The translations under genes and the position numbers were made by a program. 64,000 nucleotides of DNA from Burkholderiales bacterium (GTDB lineage Bacteria; Pseudomonadota; Gammaproteobacteria; Burkholderiales; JAEUOS01), in NCBI GenBank assembly GCA_036498945.1, contig DASYEQ010000116.1, forward strand, positions 38,641 through 102,640, written 5' to 3'. Positions 1 to 10,351 of this stretch are shown here, piece by piece (position 1 is the first letter of the stretch; the number at the start of each line of letters is the position of its first letter). The notes under the pieces are model-generated. The model did not search any database and had not been told where the DNA came from. It saw nothing but the letters and a program-made list of their open reading frames with translations.

Positions 1-162
1 CACCGGTTGCGAGGTGACGCGCGAAAGCACATCGGTGCCACCCGCCGGCGGAAAGGGGACGATCAGCTTGATCGGGCCGGAAGGGTAGTTTTGCGCGTGC
101 GCGAGCGAGGCGAAGGTAAGCGAAACGCAGGCAGCAAGAAAAGCGCGGCGGGGGAAAGCCAT
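1..162 (-). CDS. Bug-family (TctC-like) tripartite tricarboxylate transporter substrate-binding protein; N-terminal fragment, the gene runs off the window start
   Basis: Reverse translation from ATG at 162 gives MAFPRRAFLAACVSLTFASLAHAQNYPSGPIKLIVPFPPAGGTDVLSRV: a signal peptide followed by the Bug-family PIKLIVPFP-AGG-TD motif. Confidence 0.7.
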   Translation of the reverse strand, partial: MAFPRRAFLAACVSLTFASLAHAQNYPSGPIKLIVPFPPAGGTDVLSRVTSQPV

Positions 163-193
163 GTTGTCTCCGATGTAGTTAAAAGCGAGTAAT

Positions 194-928
194 TCAGGAT
201 GGCAAGGCGGCGCGGCGCGTGCGAATCGCGGCATTCACGGTCTGCCCATATTCCATTGCCTCACGCCAGCCGGCGTCGGCGGGCAGGCGGTCCAGGGTCT
301 GCTTGATTTCGGCCAGCGCCACCGCGTCGCAGGCGGCCACTTGGGCGGCCAGCGCACCGGCGCGACCCAGCAGTTGCGCATCGGGCACGACTTCGTTGAT
401 CAGCCCCCAGCGCTCGGCGGTGACGGCGTCGAGGCGCGGCGCGGCGAGCAGCATCCAGGCGACTCGCTTGCGCGTGAGCTGCGAACGCTGCATGGTGGGG
501 CCGGCCATGCTGGCGTAGCTGCCGAAGCCGATTTCGGGGGTGCCGAAGGCGGCGCCGGCGCCGGCAATCGCCAGGTCGCAGGAATTGACCAGGGTCAGCC
601 CCGCGCCAAGCGCCAGGCCGTTGACAGCGGCGATGCACACCGCGGGGTGCGCACGCAGCGCCATGTTGAAATCCATCCACTCATGGCCTGCGGTGTCGGG
701 CTTGCCGGCGGCCAGGTCGGCCTTGCGTTCCTTCAGATCCATGCCGGCGCAAAAGGAAGTGCCGCTACCGGTGATGACGATGGCGTGCATCCCGCGCAAC
801 TCGTCCAGCGCCGCCATCAAGGCGCTGCGGGTGGCACGATCCACCGCGTTACGCTTGTCTTCGCGCTCGATGCGCACGAGCGCCCAATCGGCATGGGGCT
901 CGACGATAACGGTGGAGGCGGCGGACAT
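194..928 (-). CDS. enoyl-CoA hydratase/isomerase family protein
   Basis: ORF 194..1330; internal start MSAASTVIVEPHADWALVRIERED...; crotonase-fold motifs (FCAGMDL, GLALGAGLTL). I trimmed the Ala/Arg-rich N-terminal extension, which overlaps the divergent IclR gene. Confidence 0.8.
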   Translation of the reverse strand: MSAASTVIVEPHADWALVRIEREDKRNAVDRATRSALMAALDELRGMHAIVITGSGTSFCAGMDLKERKADLAAGKPDTAGHEWMDFNMALRAHPAVCIAAVNGLALGAGLTLVNSCDLAIAGAGAAFGTPEIGFGSYASMAGPTMQRSQLTRKRVAWMLLAAPRLDAVTAERWGLINEVVPDAQLLGRAGALAAQVAACDAVALAEIKQTLDRLPADAGWREAMEYGQTVNAAIRTRRAALPS

Positions 929-1178
929 TGAGGTGGCGTGACGAGGACGACGAAGCCACGCGGCTGGCTGCGCCACATGGCGGTTTCGGGAAACCGGAGA
1001 AATTGCCCCGCGGCTCTTTTGGCCCGTGGTGCGCCTAAGCTTGACGGCCCGGACGGAAGCGGCGAAAATCCTCGATAGATAGAACGCTGTTCCAACTATA
1101 TTCAAATACGCGCGTGTTTTTGTCAAGCCGCCGCCCGCCTTCCGTCCCGCCGTCCGCTGGTTCGCCACCCTGCCGCCC

Positions 1179-1910
1179 ATGCCCCGCAAAGCCGCCCTCC
1201 CCGCCCTGGCCGACGAGAATGCCGCCGCCGGCGGCATCGCCACGCTGGACCGTGCGCTGTCGCTACTCACCGCTTTCTCCGCCGAACACCCCACGCCCAC
1301 GCTGGCCGAGATCGCCGCGCATGCGCGCATCTACAAGAGTACCGTGCTGCGCATGCTCGCCTCCCTCGAACACGCGCACCTGGTACACAAGCAGCCGGAC
1401 GGGCGCTATTCGCTGGGCGCCGAAGTCGAGCGCCTGCACCAGGTCTACGGCGCCTCGTTTTCGCTGGAAACGGTGGTGATGCCCGTCCTGCGCGAGTTGG
1501 TGGTGAAGACGCGCGAGTCCGCCGCCTATTACGTGCGCCAGGGCGAGCTGCGCCTGTGCCTGCATCGCGTCGATTCGCCGCGCCCGGTGCGCGACCACAT
1601 GCGCGTGGGCGATTTGCTGCCGCTGACCCGCGGCGCCGGCGGGCGCATCCTCTCGGCTTACGCGGGTGCGCGGGGCGCGATGTATGCGCGGATCCGCCGC
1701 GAGCACCTGGTAGTGCTGCAAGGCGACCGGGTACCGGAATTGGCCGGCATCGGCGCGCCAGTGTTCGGGGCGGATGGGCAGATCGCGGGCGCGATCACCC
1801 TCACCATGCCGAACGAGCGCATGGATGTGAAATTCATCGCGCCGACGCAACACGCCGCCCGGCGCCTGACGCGCCTGCTGGGTGGCGCATTTCCGGCGGC
1901 CGACGCCTGA
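1179..1910 (+). CDS. IclR-family transcriptional regulator
   Basis: N-terminal HTH region (LDRALSLLTAFS...PTLAEIAAHARIYKSTVLRMLASL) and a C-terminal IclR effector domain; divergent from the hydratase. Confidence 0.85.
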   Translation: MPRKAALPALADENAAAGGIATLDRALSLLTAFSAEHPTPTLAEIAAHARIYKSTVLRMLASLEHAHLVHKQPDGRYSLGAEVERLHQVYGASFSLETVVMPVLRELVVKTRESAAYYVRQGELRLCLHRVDSPRPVRDHMRVGDLLPLTRGAGGRILSAYAGARGAMYARIRREHLVVLQGDRVPELAGIGAPVFGADGQIAGAITLTMPNERMDVKFIAPTQHAARRLTRLLGGAFPAADA

Positions 1911-2046
1911 CGCGTATTCCGGGGGGCGCTTTCGCGTGCCGCGCCCGGTCCGTGCCCACACCGCCGGTTTGTGCCGATGGCATCGCTGGATTATGCTGTA
2001 GCTCCAAGCGCGCACCGCCCGCGCGCAACTACAACCATGGAGACCG

Positions 2047-2464
2047 CATGAACCCCGGCGTCGAGTACATCAATCCCGCAGGCGCGCCCCCGGCGCAAGG
2101 CCTGTATTCCCACTGCACCCGCGTCAAGGCCGGGGAACAGATCCACATCGCCGGGCAGCTGGCGGTAGGCGACGACGGTTCGATGGTCGGCGCGCACGAC
2201 TTCGAAAAGCAGTTCCACCGCGTGTTCGAAAACCTGGGGGCCGTGCTCAAGGGCGTGGGCCTGGATTTCAACGACGTGATCAAGTTCACCACCTACATGG
2301 TGCACTCGCAGGACATCGAGAAATTCATGCCCCTGCGGGCGGCGCTGTTTCCCAGGCTGTTCAAGGGCCCGGCTTATCCGCCCAATACGCTGCTGGTGAT
2401 CGATCGCCTGGTGAAGGAAGGCTTCCTGATCGAGATCGAGGCCATCGCCCGCGCGCGCGACTAA
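2047..2464 (+). CDS. RidA/YjgF family reactive-intermediate deaminase
   Basis: MNPGVEYINPAGAPPAQGLYSHCTRV...; YjgF signature. I trimmed ORF 1556..2464 to the ATG at 2047. Confidence 0.85.
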
Positions 2465-2483
2465 TTCACACCGGCGCGCACCA

Positions 2484-2516
2484 AAAAGAAAGCCGGGCAC
2501 GAAGCCCGGCTAAATA
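2484..2516. terminator. bidirectional intrinsic terminator hairpin (AGCCGGGC-acgaa-GCCCGGCT) between A/T runs
   Basis: Perfect 8-bp GC stem between convergent genes RidA(+) and yqaA-like(-). Confidence 0.6.
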
Positions 2517-2658
2517 TCCGCAGGTCACTCGCAGACTGCGGAAGACAATGCCTGCCGTTCGAGTTCGAGAGAGGAGGAGAAGCTCAACAGGCACTGCCGC
2601 AGATCAATCTAACCCCGCCGGATTGCAGTTTTGTGACAAGCCGGCCGCGACCGACCGG

Positions 2659-3075
2659 TCACGCCAGCCCCGCCACCACCAGGTAGCGCGCCGCCTTGCC
2701 CACCGCCATGTAGAAGAGGCAAGGCAGCCAGGCCAGGCGCAGCCAGCCGGCCGCCACGCACAGGCCGTCGCCCACCAGCGGCGCCCAGGCCATCAGCAGG
2801 GAAGCGGCGCCGAAGCGCTTCAGTTGCGTTTCATACTTGATCTCTTGCTTGTGCGGAATGAAGCGCCCCAGCGCATAGCTCGTCATGCCGCCGGCGCTGT
2901 TGCCCAGTGTCGCCACCGCGATCGCCGGCCAGAACAGTTCGGGGTGCAGCCGCAGCACGGCAAACAACATCACCTCGGACGAGATCGGCACCAGGGTGGC
3001 GGCAATGAAGCTGCCGATCAACAGCGACCACAGGCTCGCCTCCTGGGTGAAAAAACCCTGGACGGCGTCAAGCAT
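2659..3075 (-). CDS. YqaA/DedA-like (SNARE-associated) inner membrane protein
   Basis: Multi-TM hydrophobic protein. Start chosen at MLDAVQGFF (ATG 3075), which has a purine-rich upstream tract; ORF 2659..3102. Confidence 0.65.
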   Translation of the reverse strand: MLDAVQGFFTQEASLWSLLIGSFIAATLVPISSEVMLFAVLRLHPELFWPAIAVATLGNSAGGMTSYALGRFIPHKQEIKYETQLKRFGAASLLMAWAPLVGDGLCVAAGWLRLAWLPCLFYMAVGKAARYLVVAGLA

Positions 3076-3100
3076 GCGCCCCCCCTTTGCCCCATCTCCC

Positions 3101-3164
3101 AAAAAATTGGGGCCGGATCACATTTTCAAGCCTATCGAAAATGTGATCCGGCCCCGAATTTTCT
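3101..3164. repeat. REP-like palindromic element A: 19-bp perfect stem GGGGCCGGATCACATTTTC / GAAAATGTGATCCGGCCCC with a 9-nt loop, flanked by an A6 run and a T4 run
   Basis: Read directly from the sequence; it sits in the divergent yqaA-ilvA promoter region. Related copies are at 21699-21743 and 21823-21867. Confidence 0.75.
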
Positions 3165-3273
3165 CTGCCCAAGCCACCCCCGACAATGATAAAAATTTGC
3201 TCAACTCCCCAAAAACCGCTAAATTAGACACCCCTCCACGAGGGGTTCCGAAAGCTACCCGAGTTTCCGCCTC

Positions 3274-4806
3274 ATGCCCGCCGCCAAATCCCGGTCGAAG
3301 ACCGATTATCTCCAAAAAATCCTCACCGCCAAGGTCTACGACGTCGCGCAGGAATCACCGCTGGAAAAGGCCGCCAGCCTGTCAGCGCGCCTGAACAATA
3401 CCCTGCTGCTCAAGCGCGAGGACATGCAAAGCGTGTTCTCCTTCAAGCTGCGCGGCGCCTACAACAAGATGGCGCAACTATCCAAGGAGCAACTGGCGCG
3501 CGGCGTCATCTGCGCCTCTGCCGGCAACCACGCGCAAGGGGTGGCGCTGGCCGCCAAGCGCATGGGCGCGCGCGCGGTGATCGTAATGCCGGTGACCACG
3601 CCACAGGTGAAGGTGGCGGCGGTGAAGGCGCGCGGCGGCGAGGTGATATTGCGGGGCGACTCCTTCGACGAGGCTTACGCGCACGCGAAGGAACTGGAGG
3701 GCAAGCAGAACCTCACCTTCGTGCACCCCTTCGACGACCCCGATGTGATCGCCGGCCAGGGCACCATCGGGATGGAGATCCTGCGCCAGCACCAGGGGCC
3801 GATCCACGCGGTGTTCGTCGCCATCGGCGGCGGCGGGTTGATCTCAGGCATCGCCGCGTACATCAAGCGCGTGCGCCCGGAGGTGAAGGTGATCGGCGTG
3901 GAGCCGGTGGATTCGGATGCAATGGCGCGCTCGATCGCCGCCGGCAAGCGCGTCAAGCTCGATACCGTGGGCCTGTTCGCCGACGGCGTGGCGGTGAAGA
4001 TGGTCGGCGAGGAAACCTTCCGCCTGACGCGCGAATTCGTCGACGAGATACTGCTGGTGGATACCGACGATATCTGCGCCGCGATCAAGGACGTGTTCGA
4101 AGACACGCGCTCCATCCTCGAGCCGGCCGGCGCACTGGCGATCGCGGGCGCCAAGGCCTATGTCGAGCGCGAGAAAATGAAGGGCAGCACGCTGGTGGCG
4201 GTGGCCTGCGGCGCCAACATGAATTTTGACCGCCTGCGTTTCGTCGCCGAGCGCGCCGAGGTGGGCGAGAAGCGCGAGGCGATTCTCGCCGTCACCATTC
4301 CGGAAGAGCGCGGCTCCTTCCGCCGCTTTTGCGAACTGATCGGCAACCGCAGCGTCACCGAGTTCAACTATCGCATCGCCGATTCGCGGGAAGCACACAT
4401 TTTCGTCGGCCTCTCGGTGCACGACCGCGCCGACATCACCCGCCTGGCGAAAACGCTCAACCGGCAGAACTTCAAGACCCTGGACCTCACCGACGACGAA
4501 ATGGCCAAGCTGCACGTGCGCCACATGGTCGGCGGCCGCTCGCCGCTGGCGCAAGACGAGATGCTGTACCGTTTCGAGTTGCCCGAGCGCCCCGGCGCGC
4601 TGATGAAGTTCCTCACCAGCATGCGGCCGGACTGGAACATTTCCCTGTTCCACTACCGCAATCACGGCTCGGACGTCGGCCGCGTGCTGGTCGGCATGCA
4701 GGTGCCGGAAAAAGAGATGGCCGCCTTCCGCAAATTTCTCGACTCTCTCGGTTATGCTTACTGGGACGAGAGCGCCAACCCGGCCTACCGCATGTTCCTC
4801 GCGTAA
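3274..4806 (+). CDS. ilvA: biosynthetic threonine dehydratase (PLP-dependent, with C-terminal regulatory domains)
   Basis: 510 aa; FKLRGAYN PLP-lysine motif; full-length IlvA architecture. Confidence 0.9.
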   Translation: MPAAKSRSKTDYLQKILTAKVYDVAQESPLEKAASLSARLNNTLLLKREDMQSVFSFKLRGAYNKMAQLSKEQLARGVICASAGNHAQGVALAAKRMGARAVIVMPVTTPQVKVAAVKARGGEVILRGDSFDEAYAHAKELEGKQNLTFVHPFDDPDVIAGQGTIGMEILRQHQGPIHAVFVAIGGGGLISGIAAYIKRVRPEVKVIGVEPVDSDAMARSIAAGKRVKLDTVGLFADGVAVKMVGEETFRLTREFVDEILLVDTDDICAAIKDVFEDTRSILEPAGALAIAGAKAYVEREKMKGSTLVAVACGANMNFDRLRFVAERAEVGEKREAILAVTIPEERGSFRRFCELIGNRSVTEFNYRIADSREAHIFVGLSVHDRADITRLAKTLNRQNFKTLDLTDDEMAKLHVRHMVGGRSPLAQDEMLYRFELPERPGALMKFLTSMRPDWNISLFHYRNHGSDVGRVLVGMQVPEKEMAAFRKFLDSLGYAYWDESANPAYRMFLA

Positions 4807-4836
4807 GCGTTTACGAATTCCCCTCGCCCTACCGCC

Positions 4837-5685
4837 ATGAGATACCAATACCGCCTGCAAAACGTATTCGCCCTTTCCGGCCAGACCCTGACCGGCAACC
4901 CGCTGTGCGTGTTTGAAGACGCCTGGGGCCTGACCGACGCGCAAATGCAGGCGCTCGCCCTGCAATTCAATCTTTCCGAGACCACCTTCGTCCTGCCCGC
5001 CGATGGGGAGGCTACCGCCAAGGTGCGCATCTTCACCCCCGGCGCGGAGTTGCCCTTCGCCGGCCACCCGACGCTCGGCACCGCGCACACCGTGCGCGAC
5101 CTCAAGAGCGCCGGCGACCAGATCAAGCTCGAAATGCAGGCCGGCGTGATTCCCGTGAGCGCCAAGGGCGACCGCTGGACCCTGCGCGCCAACGCCGCCA
5201 GCACGCGCCCCTTTGACCCCGAGCGCATCGAGACCCTGCTGGTGGCGCTCGGCCTGTCGCGCGAAGACCTCGCCGCCGATCCGCTATGGGTCGATGCCGG
5301 CATGGAACAGCTGCTGGTGCCGCTGGTCTCGCGCTACGCGGTGAAGCGCATCGTGCCAGGTGCCGCGCTGTCCGAATTTCCCAACAACAGCGGCAAGGTC
5401 TCGGTCTACTGCTTTTCCTCGATCGACGAGCCGGACATGCTGGTGCGCTTCTTTTTCCACCGCACGGCCAGCGCCATCGGCGAAGACCCGGCCACCGGCT
5501 CGGCAGTCGCCAACCTCGGCGGCTACATGCTGCACAAGGAACTCAAGGGCCCGCTGGCGCGCACCCTTTTGCAAGGAGAGTTCACCGGCCGCCCGTCGCA
5601 ACTGCAACTGGTGATCGCCGCCGACGGCCGCGTGCTGGTGACAGGCGAGGTGATCGAGCTGGGGCGTGGGCACATCGACCTATAG
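4837..5685 (+). CDS. PhzF-family phenazine-biosynthesis-like isomerase
   Basis: MRYQYRLQNVFA...GNPLCVFEDAWGLTDAQMQALA...; PhzF/DAP-epimerase fold. Confidence 0.8.
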   Translation: MRYQYRLQNVFALSGQTLTGNPLCVFEDAWGLTDAQMQALALQFNLSETTFVLPADGEATAKVRIFTPGAELPFAGHPTLGTAHTVRDLKSAGDQIKLEMQAGVIPVSAKGDRWTLRANAASTRPFDPERIETLLVALGLSREDLAADPLWVDAGMEQLLVPLVSRYAVKRIVPGAALSEFPNNSGKVSVYCFSSIDEPDMLVRFFFHRTASAIGEDPATGSAVANLGGYMLHKELKGPLARTLLQGEFTGRPSQLQLVIAADGRVLVTGEVIELGRGHIDL

Positions 5686-5747
5686 GACACGAAGCGCTGC
5701 GGGTTTGCGATAATCTGGCCGTCCATACCCAAAAAGGCGGCACAGCC

Positions 5748-7010
5748 TTGAACGTCATCATTCTCGGCGGAGGCATCGGCGGCCTCACCACCGCGCTGGC
5801 GCTCAACGCGGCGGGCATTGCCTGCCGCGTCTACGAAGCCGTCTCCGAAATCCGCCCTCTCGGCGTCGGCATCAACCTGCTGCCGCACTCGGTACGCGAG
5901 CTGACCGACCTGGGCCTGCTGCCCAAGCTGGAGTCGATGGGCATCCGCACCCAGGAAGTGGTCTACGCCACCAAGCGCGGCGAGATCGTCTGGCGCGAGC
6001 CGCGCGGCGAGTATGCCGGCTACCGCTGGCCGCAATTCTCGGTGCACCGCGGCCAGTTGCAGATGATGCTGTACGAAGCCGTGCTCGAACGCATGGGCAA
6101 GGAGGCTGTCGCCACCCGCTGCGAAGCGGTCAACATCACGCAAGACGCCGGCAGCGCCACGGTGCACTTCAAGGCGCGCAACGGTGTCACCCCGCCGCCT
6201 GCCACCGGCGATATCGTGATCGCCTGCGACGGCATCCACTCGAAAATCCGCGGCCTGTTCTATCCGGATGAAGGCGCGCCGAAATGGAGCCGGCGCATCC
6301 TCTGGCGCGGCACTACCATCGGCAAGCCCTTCCTCAGCGGCGCCTCCATGGTGCTGGCCGGCCACGCCTGGCAGAAATGGGTGACCTACCCGATCCGCAA
6401 TCTGGATAACGGCCTGCAGGTGATCAACTGGATCGCCGAGCGCACCTTTGACGAACACAGCATGCACGCGCCGGAGGACTGGAGCCGTCCCGGCCGCCTG
6501 GAAGACTTCCTGCCCGCCTTCGAAGACTGGAATTTCCCCTGGATGCCGGTGCCCGCGATCGTGCGCGCCTCTGACAAGATATTCGAATACCCGATGAGCG
6601 ACCGCGACGCGGTTTCTTCCTGGGTCTTCGGCCGTGTCGCGCTCTTAGGCGACGCCGCCCACGCCATGTACCCGATCGGCTCCAACGGCGCCTCGCAGGC
6701 AGTGCTGGACGCGCGCCACCTCGCCTACGAACTTGCCACCCGTGCGAACATCGACGAGGCCCTGGCCGCCTACGACGCCATCCGCCGCCCCGTCACCACA
6801 AAACTATTGGAGATGACCCGCGCCGAAGGCCCGGATGCCATCCTGAAAGAAGTCGAGGAACGCGCCCCCGACGGTTTCGACGACCTGGACCGCGTGGTCA
6901 GCCCCGCCGAGCGCGAAGCCTTTGCCGCGCGCTATAAAAACGCCGCCGGTTTCGACCGCGAAACGCTGAACAGCAAGCCTTCGCTCAACCCGCCAAAGCG
7001 CGCAGCCTGA
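5748..7010 (+). CDS. FAD-dependent aromatic monooxygenase (salicylate/3-hydroxybenzoate hydroxylase-like)
   Basis: NVIILGGGIGGL dinucleotide-binding motif; C-terminal DAAHAMYPIGSNGASQAVLDA FAD motif. Start set at TTG 5748 because PhzF ends at 5685; the ORF-track N-terminus (5286) overlaps PhzF and is spurious. Confidence 0.75.
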   Translation: MNVIILGGGIGGLTTALALNAAGIACRVYEAVSEIRPLGVGINLLPHSVRELTDLGLLPKLESMGIRTQEVVYATKRGEIVWREPRGEYAGYRWPQFSVHRGQLQMMLYEAVLERMGKEAVATRCEAVNITQDAGSATVHFKARNGVTPPPATGDIVIACDGIHSKIRGLFYPDEGAPKWSRRILWRGTTIGKPFLSGASMVLAGHAWQKWVTYPIRNLDNGLQVINWIAERTFDEHSMHAPEDWSRPGRLEDFLPAFEDWNFPWMPVPAIVRASDKIFEYPMSDRDAVSSWVFGRVALLGDAAHAMYPIGSNGASQAVLDARHLAYELATRANIDEALAAYDAIRRPVTTKLLEMTRAEGPDAILKEVEERAPDGFDDLDRVVSPAEREAFAARYKNAAGFDRETLNSKPSLNPPKRAA

Positions 7011-7027
7011 AAACAGGGTAGCGAGAG

Positions 7028-8017
7028 TTACTCCTCGATCTCGCTACGCATCAGCCGGTTGAAGCTGACGGTGGCGATGTCGCCGCCCGCCGGCGCGCAA
7101 GGCTCTTCGTCAAACGCAATGTCGCCCGCCGCATCCGGCTGCCCTGTCACCTTCAGCGTGGTGAACGGATGCAGGGTACGGTCCATCATGTGCGAAGTGG
7201 TGATATTGGCGAAGCTGGTGAAAATCGACTCCACCCGCCCGGGGTACTTGCGGTCCCACTCGCGCAGCATCGCCTTGATTTCCTTGCGCTTCAGGTTCTC
7301 CTGCGAGCCGCACAGGTCGCAAGGAATGATGGGAAAGGCGCGGTTCTCCGCGTACTGCGCCAGGTCCTCTTCCTTGATATAGGCGAGCGGCCGGATGATG
7401 ATGTTCTTGCCGTCGTCCGACATCAGCTTGGGCGGCATACCCTTCATCTTGCCGCCGAAGAACATGTTGAGGAACACCGTCTCCATGATGTCGTCGCGGT
7501 GATGCCCCAGCGCGATCTTCGTCGCCCCCAGTTCACCCGCCACGCGATACAGAATGCCGCGGCGCAGGCGCGAGCACAGCGAGCAGGTGGTCTTGCCTTC
7601 GGGAATCAGGCGCTTGACGATGGAGTAGGTGTCCTGCTCCTCGATGTGAAACGGCACGCCAAGCCTGGTGAGATATTCCGGCAGCACGTGCGCCGGGAAA
7701 TTCGGCTGCTTCTGGTCCAGGTTCACCGCGATGATGTCGAAATGCACCGGCGCGCGATCCTTCAGCTTGAGCAGGATGTCCAGCAGGCTGTAGCTGTCCT
7801 TGCCGCCGGAGAGGCACACCATGATCTTGTCGCCCTCCTCGATCATGTTGAAGTCGCCGATCGCCTGGCCGGTCAGGCGCACCAGGCGCTTTTCCAGTTT
7901 ATTCGCCTCGAAGGCGCGCTTGTCCGCCTTGCGTGAATCAAGCTGGCGCGCCAACTCCTGGCGCGTGCCCTCGGCGCCACCCATCGAAGCATCAGTCCCG
8001 CCCATCACCGCACTCAT
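7028..8017 (-). CDS. ttcA: tRNA 2-thiocytidine(32) synthetase
   Basis: PP-loop SGGKDS, CxxC pairs, and family-typical length. Start chosen at M13 (ATG 8017) to avoid overlap with the upstream SDR gene. Confidence 0.85.
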   Translation of the reverse strand: MSAVMGGTDASMGGAEGTRQELARQLDSRKADKRAFEANKLEKRLVRLTGQAIGDFNMIEEGDKIMVCLSGGKDSYSLLDILLKLKDRAPVHFDIIAVNLDQKQPNFPAHVLPEYLTRLGVPFHIEEQDTYSIVKRLIPEGKTTCSLCSRLRRGILYRVAGELGATKIALGHHRDDIMETVFLNMFFGGKMKGMPPKLMSDDGKNIIIRPLAYIKEEDLAQYAENRAFPIIPCDLCGSQENLKRKEIKAMLREWDRKYPGRVESIFTSFANITTSHMMDRTLHPFTTLKVTGQPDAAGDIAFDEEPCAPAGGDIATVSFNRLMRSEIEE

Positions 8018-8027
8018 GATCCCGCTC

Positions 8028-8783
8028 TCACAAATAAATCGAACGGCCGCCATCCACGGCCAGGATCTGTCCCGTCACATACGGCGCGTCGGCAAATAAG
8101 AATCCCGCCGCGCGCGCAATCTCTTCCGCGCCGCCGACGCGCCCAAGCGGCGTCGCCGCCAGGATACGCTCGCGCTCCACGCCCTCCATCTGCCCGTGCT
8201 CCGGCCACTCGATCGCCCCCGGCGCGATGCCGTTCACCCGCACCTGCGGCGCCAGTTCCAGCGCCAGCGAACGCGTCAGCCCCGCCAGCCCGGCTTTCGC
8301 CACGCTGTACACCACATAATCCTTCAGCGGCCGCTCGGCATGGATATCGACGATGTTGACGATACACCCGCCGCTTTTTCGCAATTCCGGCGCCGCCGCC
8401 TGCGCCAGGAACAGCGGCGCCTTCAGGTTGCTCGACATCAGGTCCGACCATTGCTGCGGCGTAATTTCCCCCAGCGGCGTAGCGTAAAACCCGGAAGCAT
8501 TGTTCACCAGCCCGTCCAGCCGCCCCCACACCGCCGCCGCCCGCGCCACGAAGGCGGGAATCGCGTCGGTATCGGACAGTTCCAGCCCCAGCGCATGCGC
8601 CGAATCCCGGCGCTCGCCGTTCAACTGCGCCACCAGCACATCGGCATCCGCGCTGGAATCACGGTAATGGATCAGCACGTTCGCGCCCAGAGCGTGCAGG
8701 CGCCGCGCGATCGCCGCGCCCACCCGGCGCGCCGCACCGGTAATCAGAATGGCTTTTCCTGCGAGAGCTTGCATCGAATGCAT
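8028..8783 (-). CDS. short-chain dehydrogenase/reductase, pteridine-reductase-like
   Basis: [11 protein letters not shown] Rossmann motif, [13 protein letters not shown], YxxxK catalytic pair; alternative start at 8774. Confidence 0.75.
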   Translation of the reverse strand: MHSMQALAGKAILITGAARRVGAAIARRLHALGANVLIHYRDSSADADVLVAQLNGERRDSAHALGLELSDTDAIPAFVARAAAVWGRLDGLVNNASGFYATPLGEITPQQWSDLMSSNLKAPLFLAQAAAPELRKSGGCIVNIVDIHAERPLKDYVVYSVAKAGLAGLTRSLALELAPQVRVNGIAPGAIEWPEHGQMEGVERERILAATPLGRVGGAEEIARAAGFLFADAPYVTGQILAVDGGRSIYL

Positions 8784-8829
8784 GCGACAGTCGGGGTGGG
8801 AATTTTACGCTGTTTGCGCCGATCCGGAC

Positions 8830-10320
8830 TCAGGCACGCGCCCAGGCCGCCAGCGCCTGCGCCATCCCGGCCATCACCGCCTCCCAGTCGAGCTGGCGCG
8901 GCGGGTGGCGGAATACCCGTACCGACGAATACCAGGGCGCCTCCTGCCCGCCCTCGCCCCAGCGCCATTCGTAATCCGGGCGCGCAATCAGCCAGGTCGG
9001 CACGCCCAGCGCGCCGCCCAGATGCACCGTCGAGGTATCCACGCTGATCACCAGGTCGAGATTTTTCATCACCGCCCCGGTGGCGTAAAAGTCGGTCAGG
9101 TGCCCGCTCACGTCGCTAAGCGGATGCACCCCCAGCTTTTGCAGCATCCCCTCCTCTTCCACCAGCGCCACCCAGTCGATCCCCGGCACGCGAAACAGCG
9201 GCGCTAGATACTCGAAAGGCACGCTGCGCTTCGCATCGAAATGCATCGGCCGGCCGAACCAGCGCAGGCCCACCCGCTTCTCCCCCGCGCGCCGCGGCCG
9301 CAGCCAATGCGCAGCCGCCGCCACGTCTTCCGGCGCGATCGCCAGGCACGCATCATGGCGCGCTACATCCGCCTCCTGCGTCCCCAGCACCAGCGGCAGG
9401 CGCATGGTGCTCACCTGGAAGTCCGCCGCCGCACGATCGGCCGCGCCGGCATACACCTGCTCGAACCAGCCGGTTGCCTGCATCAGGCGCGCCAGCGGCG
9501 GCGGCACGTCGATCGACAGGCGCACTCCCGCCTCGCGCTCGCGCAATTGCGCGACAAAGCGCAGGAACATCATCACGTCGCCGTACCCATAGGCGCCGAT
9601 CACCAGCAGGCGTTTGCCGGCCAGCGCCTGCCCGGTCCACACCGGGCAGAGATCGGCGCGCGGATACGCCCCCAGCAGATCGTCGGCCGCCGCGTACACC
9701 GCCAGTCCCGCCTGCAACTGCCCCCGCCCCATCAGCGCCACCGCCAGCAGCCCGATTGCCAGCAGCGATTGCGGCCGCGATTCCAGCGCGCGCCGGTGCA
9801 ATTCCAGCGCCTCTTCATGCCGCCCCTGGAAGGCGCGCACACCGGCAAGCAACAGCAGACAGCCGAACGCCCGCGGCGCCAGTCGCGAAGCACGCTCGGC
9901 CAGTGCGATGGCGTCGGCGAATTCGCCATGGTCGTAACGGATCTCCCCCAGCAGCATCGCCGCGCGCGCCGCGATCGCATCCTCGCCCGCCGCCAGTTCG
10001 CGCAGCAACGCCACCGCGCGCTCGAACTCGCCCTCGCGCAGCCACACATCGGCGCGCAGCATGCGATCCACGCGACAGTCGCCGCGCTTCTCCAGGCGCG
10101 CCAGCGGCGCCTCGGCAGCGGCAAGATCGCTTCCCTCGGCCAGCAGGCGCGCCGCCTCCAGCCGGTCCGGCAGGCTGACCAGGTCTTCCCAGGCGTAAGG
10201 CGGCGCGACCTCCTCCGCCAGCCAGCGCCGCAAGGCCTCGTAGCGCGGATCTTCGATCGCCGTCGCCACCTCCATCGGCATGGCGGCGGGGCGGATGAAT
10301 AGACGTTTCAGGAACGACAT
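8830..10320 (-). CDS. TPR-repeat protein fused to a glycosyltransferase family 9 (heptosyltransferase-like) domain; paralog A
   Basis: N-terminal TPR-like helical repeats; C-terminal GT9-like motifs (GYGDVMMFLRF, VISVDTSTVHLGGALGVPTWLI). Start at MSFLKRLF (ATG 10320). Confidence 0.7.
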   Translation of the reverse strand: MSFLKRLFIRPAAMPMEVATAIEDPRYEALRRWLAEEVAPPYAWEDLVSLPDRLEAARLLAEGSDLAAAEAPLARLEKRGDCRVDRMLRADVWLREGEFERAVALLRELAAGEDAIAARAAMLLGEIRYDHGEFADAIALAERASRLAPRAFGCLLLLAGVRAFQGRHEEALELHRRALESRPQSLLAIGLLAVALMGRGQLQAGLAVYAAADDLLGAYPRADLCPVWTGQALAGKRLLVIGAYGYGDVMMFLRFVAQLREREAGVRLSIDVPPPLARLMQATGWFEQVYAGAADRAAADFQVSTMRLPLVLGTQEADVARHDACLAIAPEDVAAAAHWLRPRRAGEKRVGLRWFGRPMHFDAKRSVPFEYLAPLFRVPGIDWVALVEEEGMLQKLGVHPLSDVSGHLTDFYATGAVMKNLDLVISVDTSTVHLGGALGVPTWLIARPDYEWRWGEGGQEAPWYSSVRVFRHPPRQLDWEAVMAGMAQALAAWARA

Positions 10321-10351
10321 GCGAGAGAGGGGCGGACGCAACGAGCGGATT

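Noticed and set aside
7-192. ORF 7..192 (+), 61 aa
   Set aside because: It overlaps, on the opposite strand, the N-terminus of a bona fide Bug-family signal peptide plus PIKLIVPFP motif, and has low-complexity basic composition.
1556-2046. N-terminal extensions in the ORF track (1556 for RidA, 5286 for the monooxygenase, 14592..15941 for cca, 56255 for the DUF484 gene, 30310..31506)
   Set aside because: The extensions are Arg/Ala/Pro-rich and overlap neighbouring genes. The conserved family N-termini begin at internal starts that have plausible RBSs.
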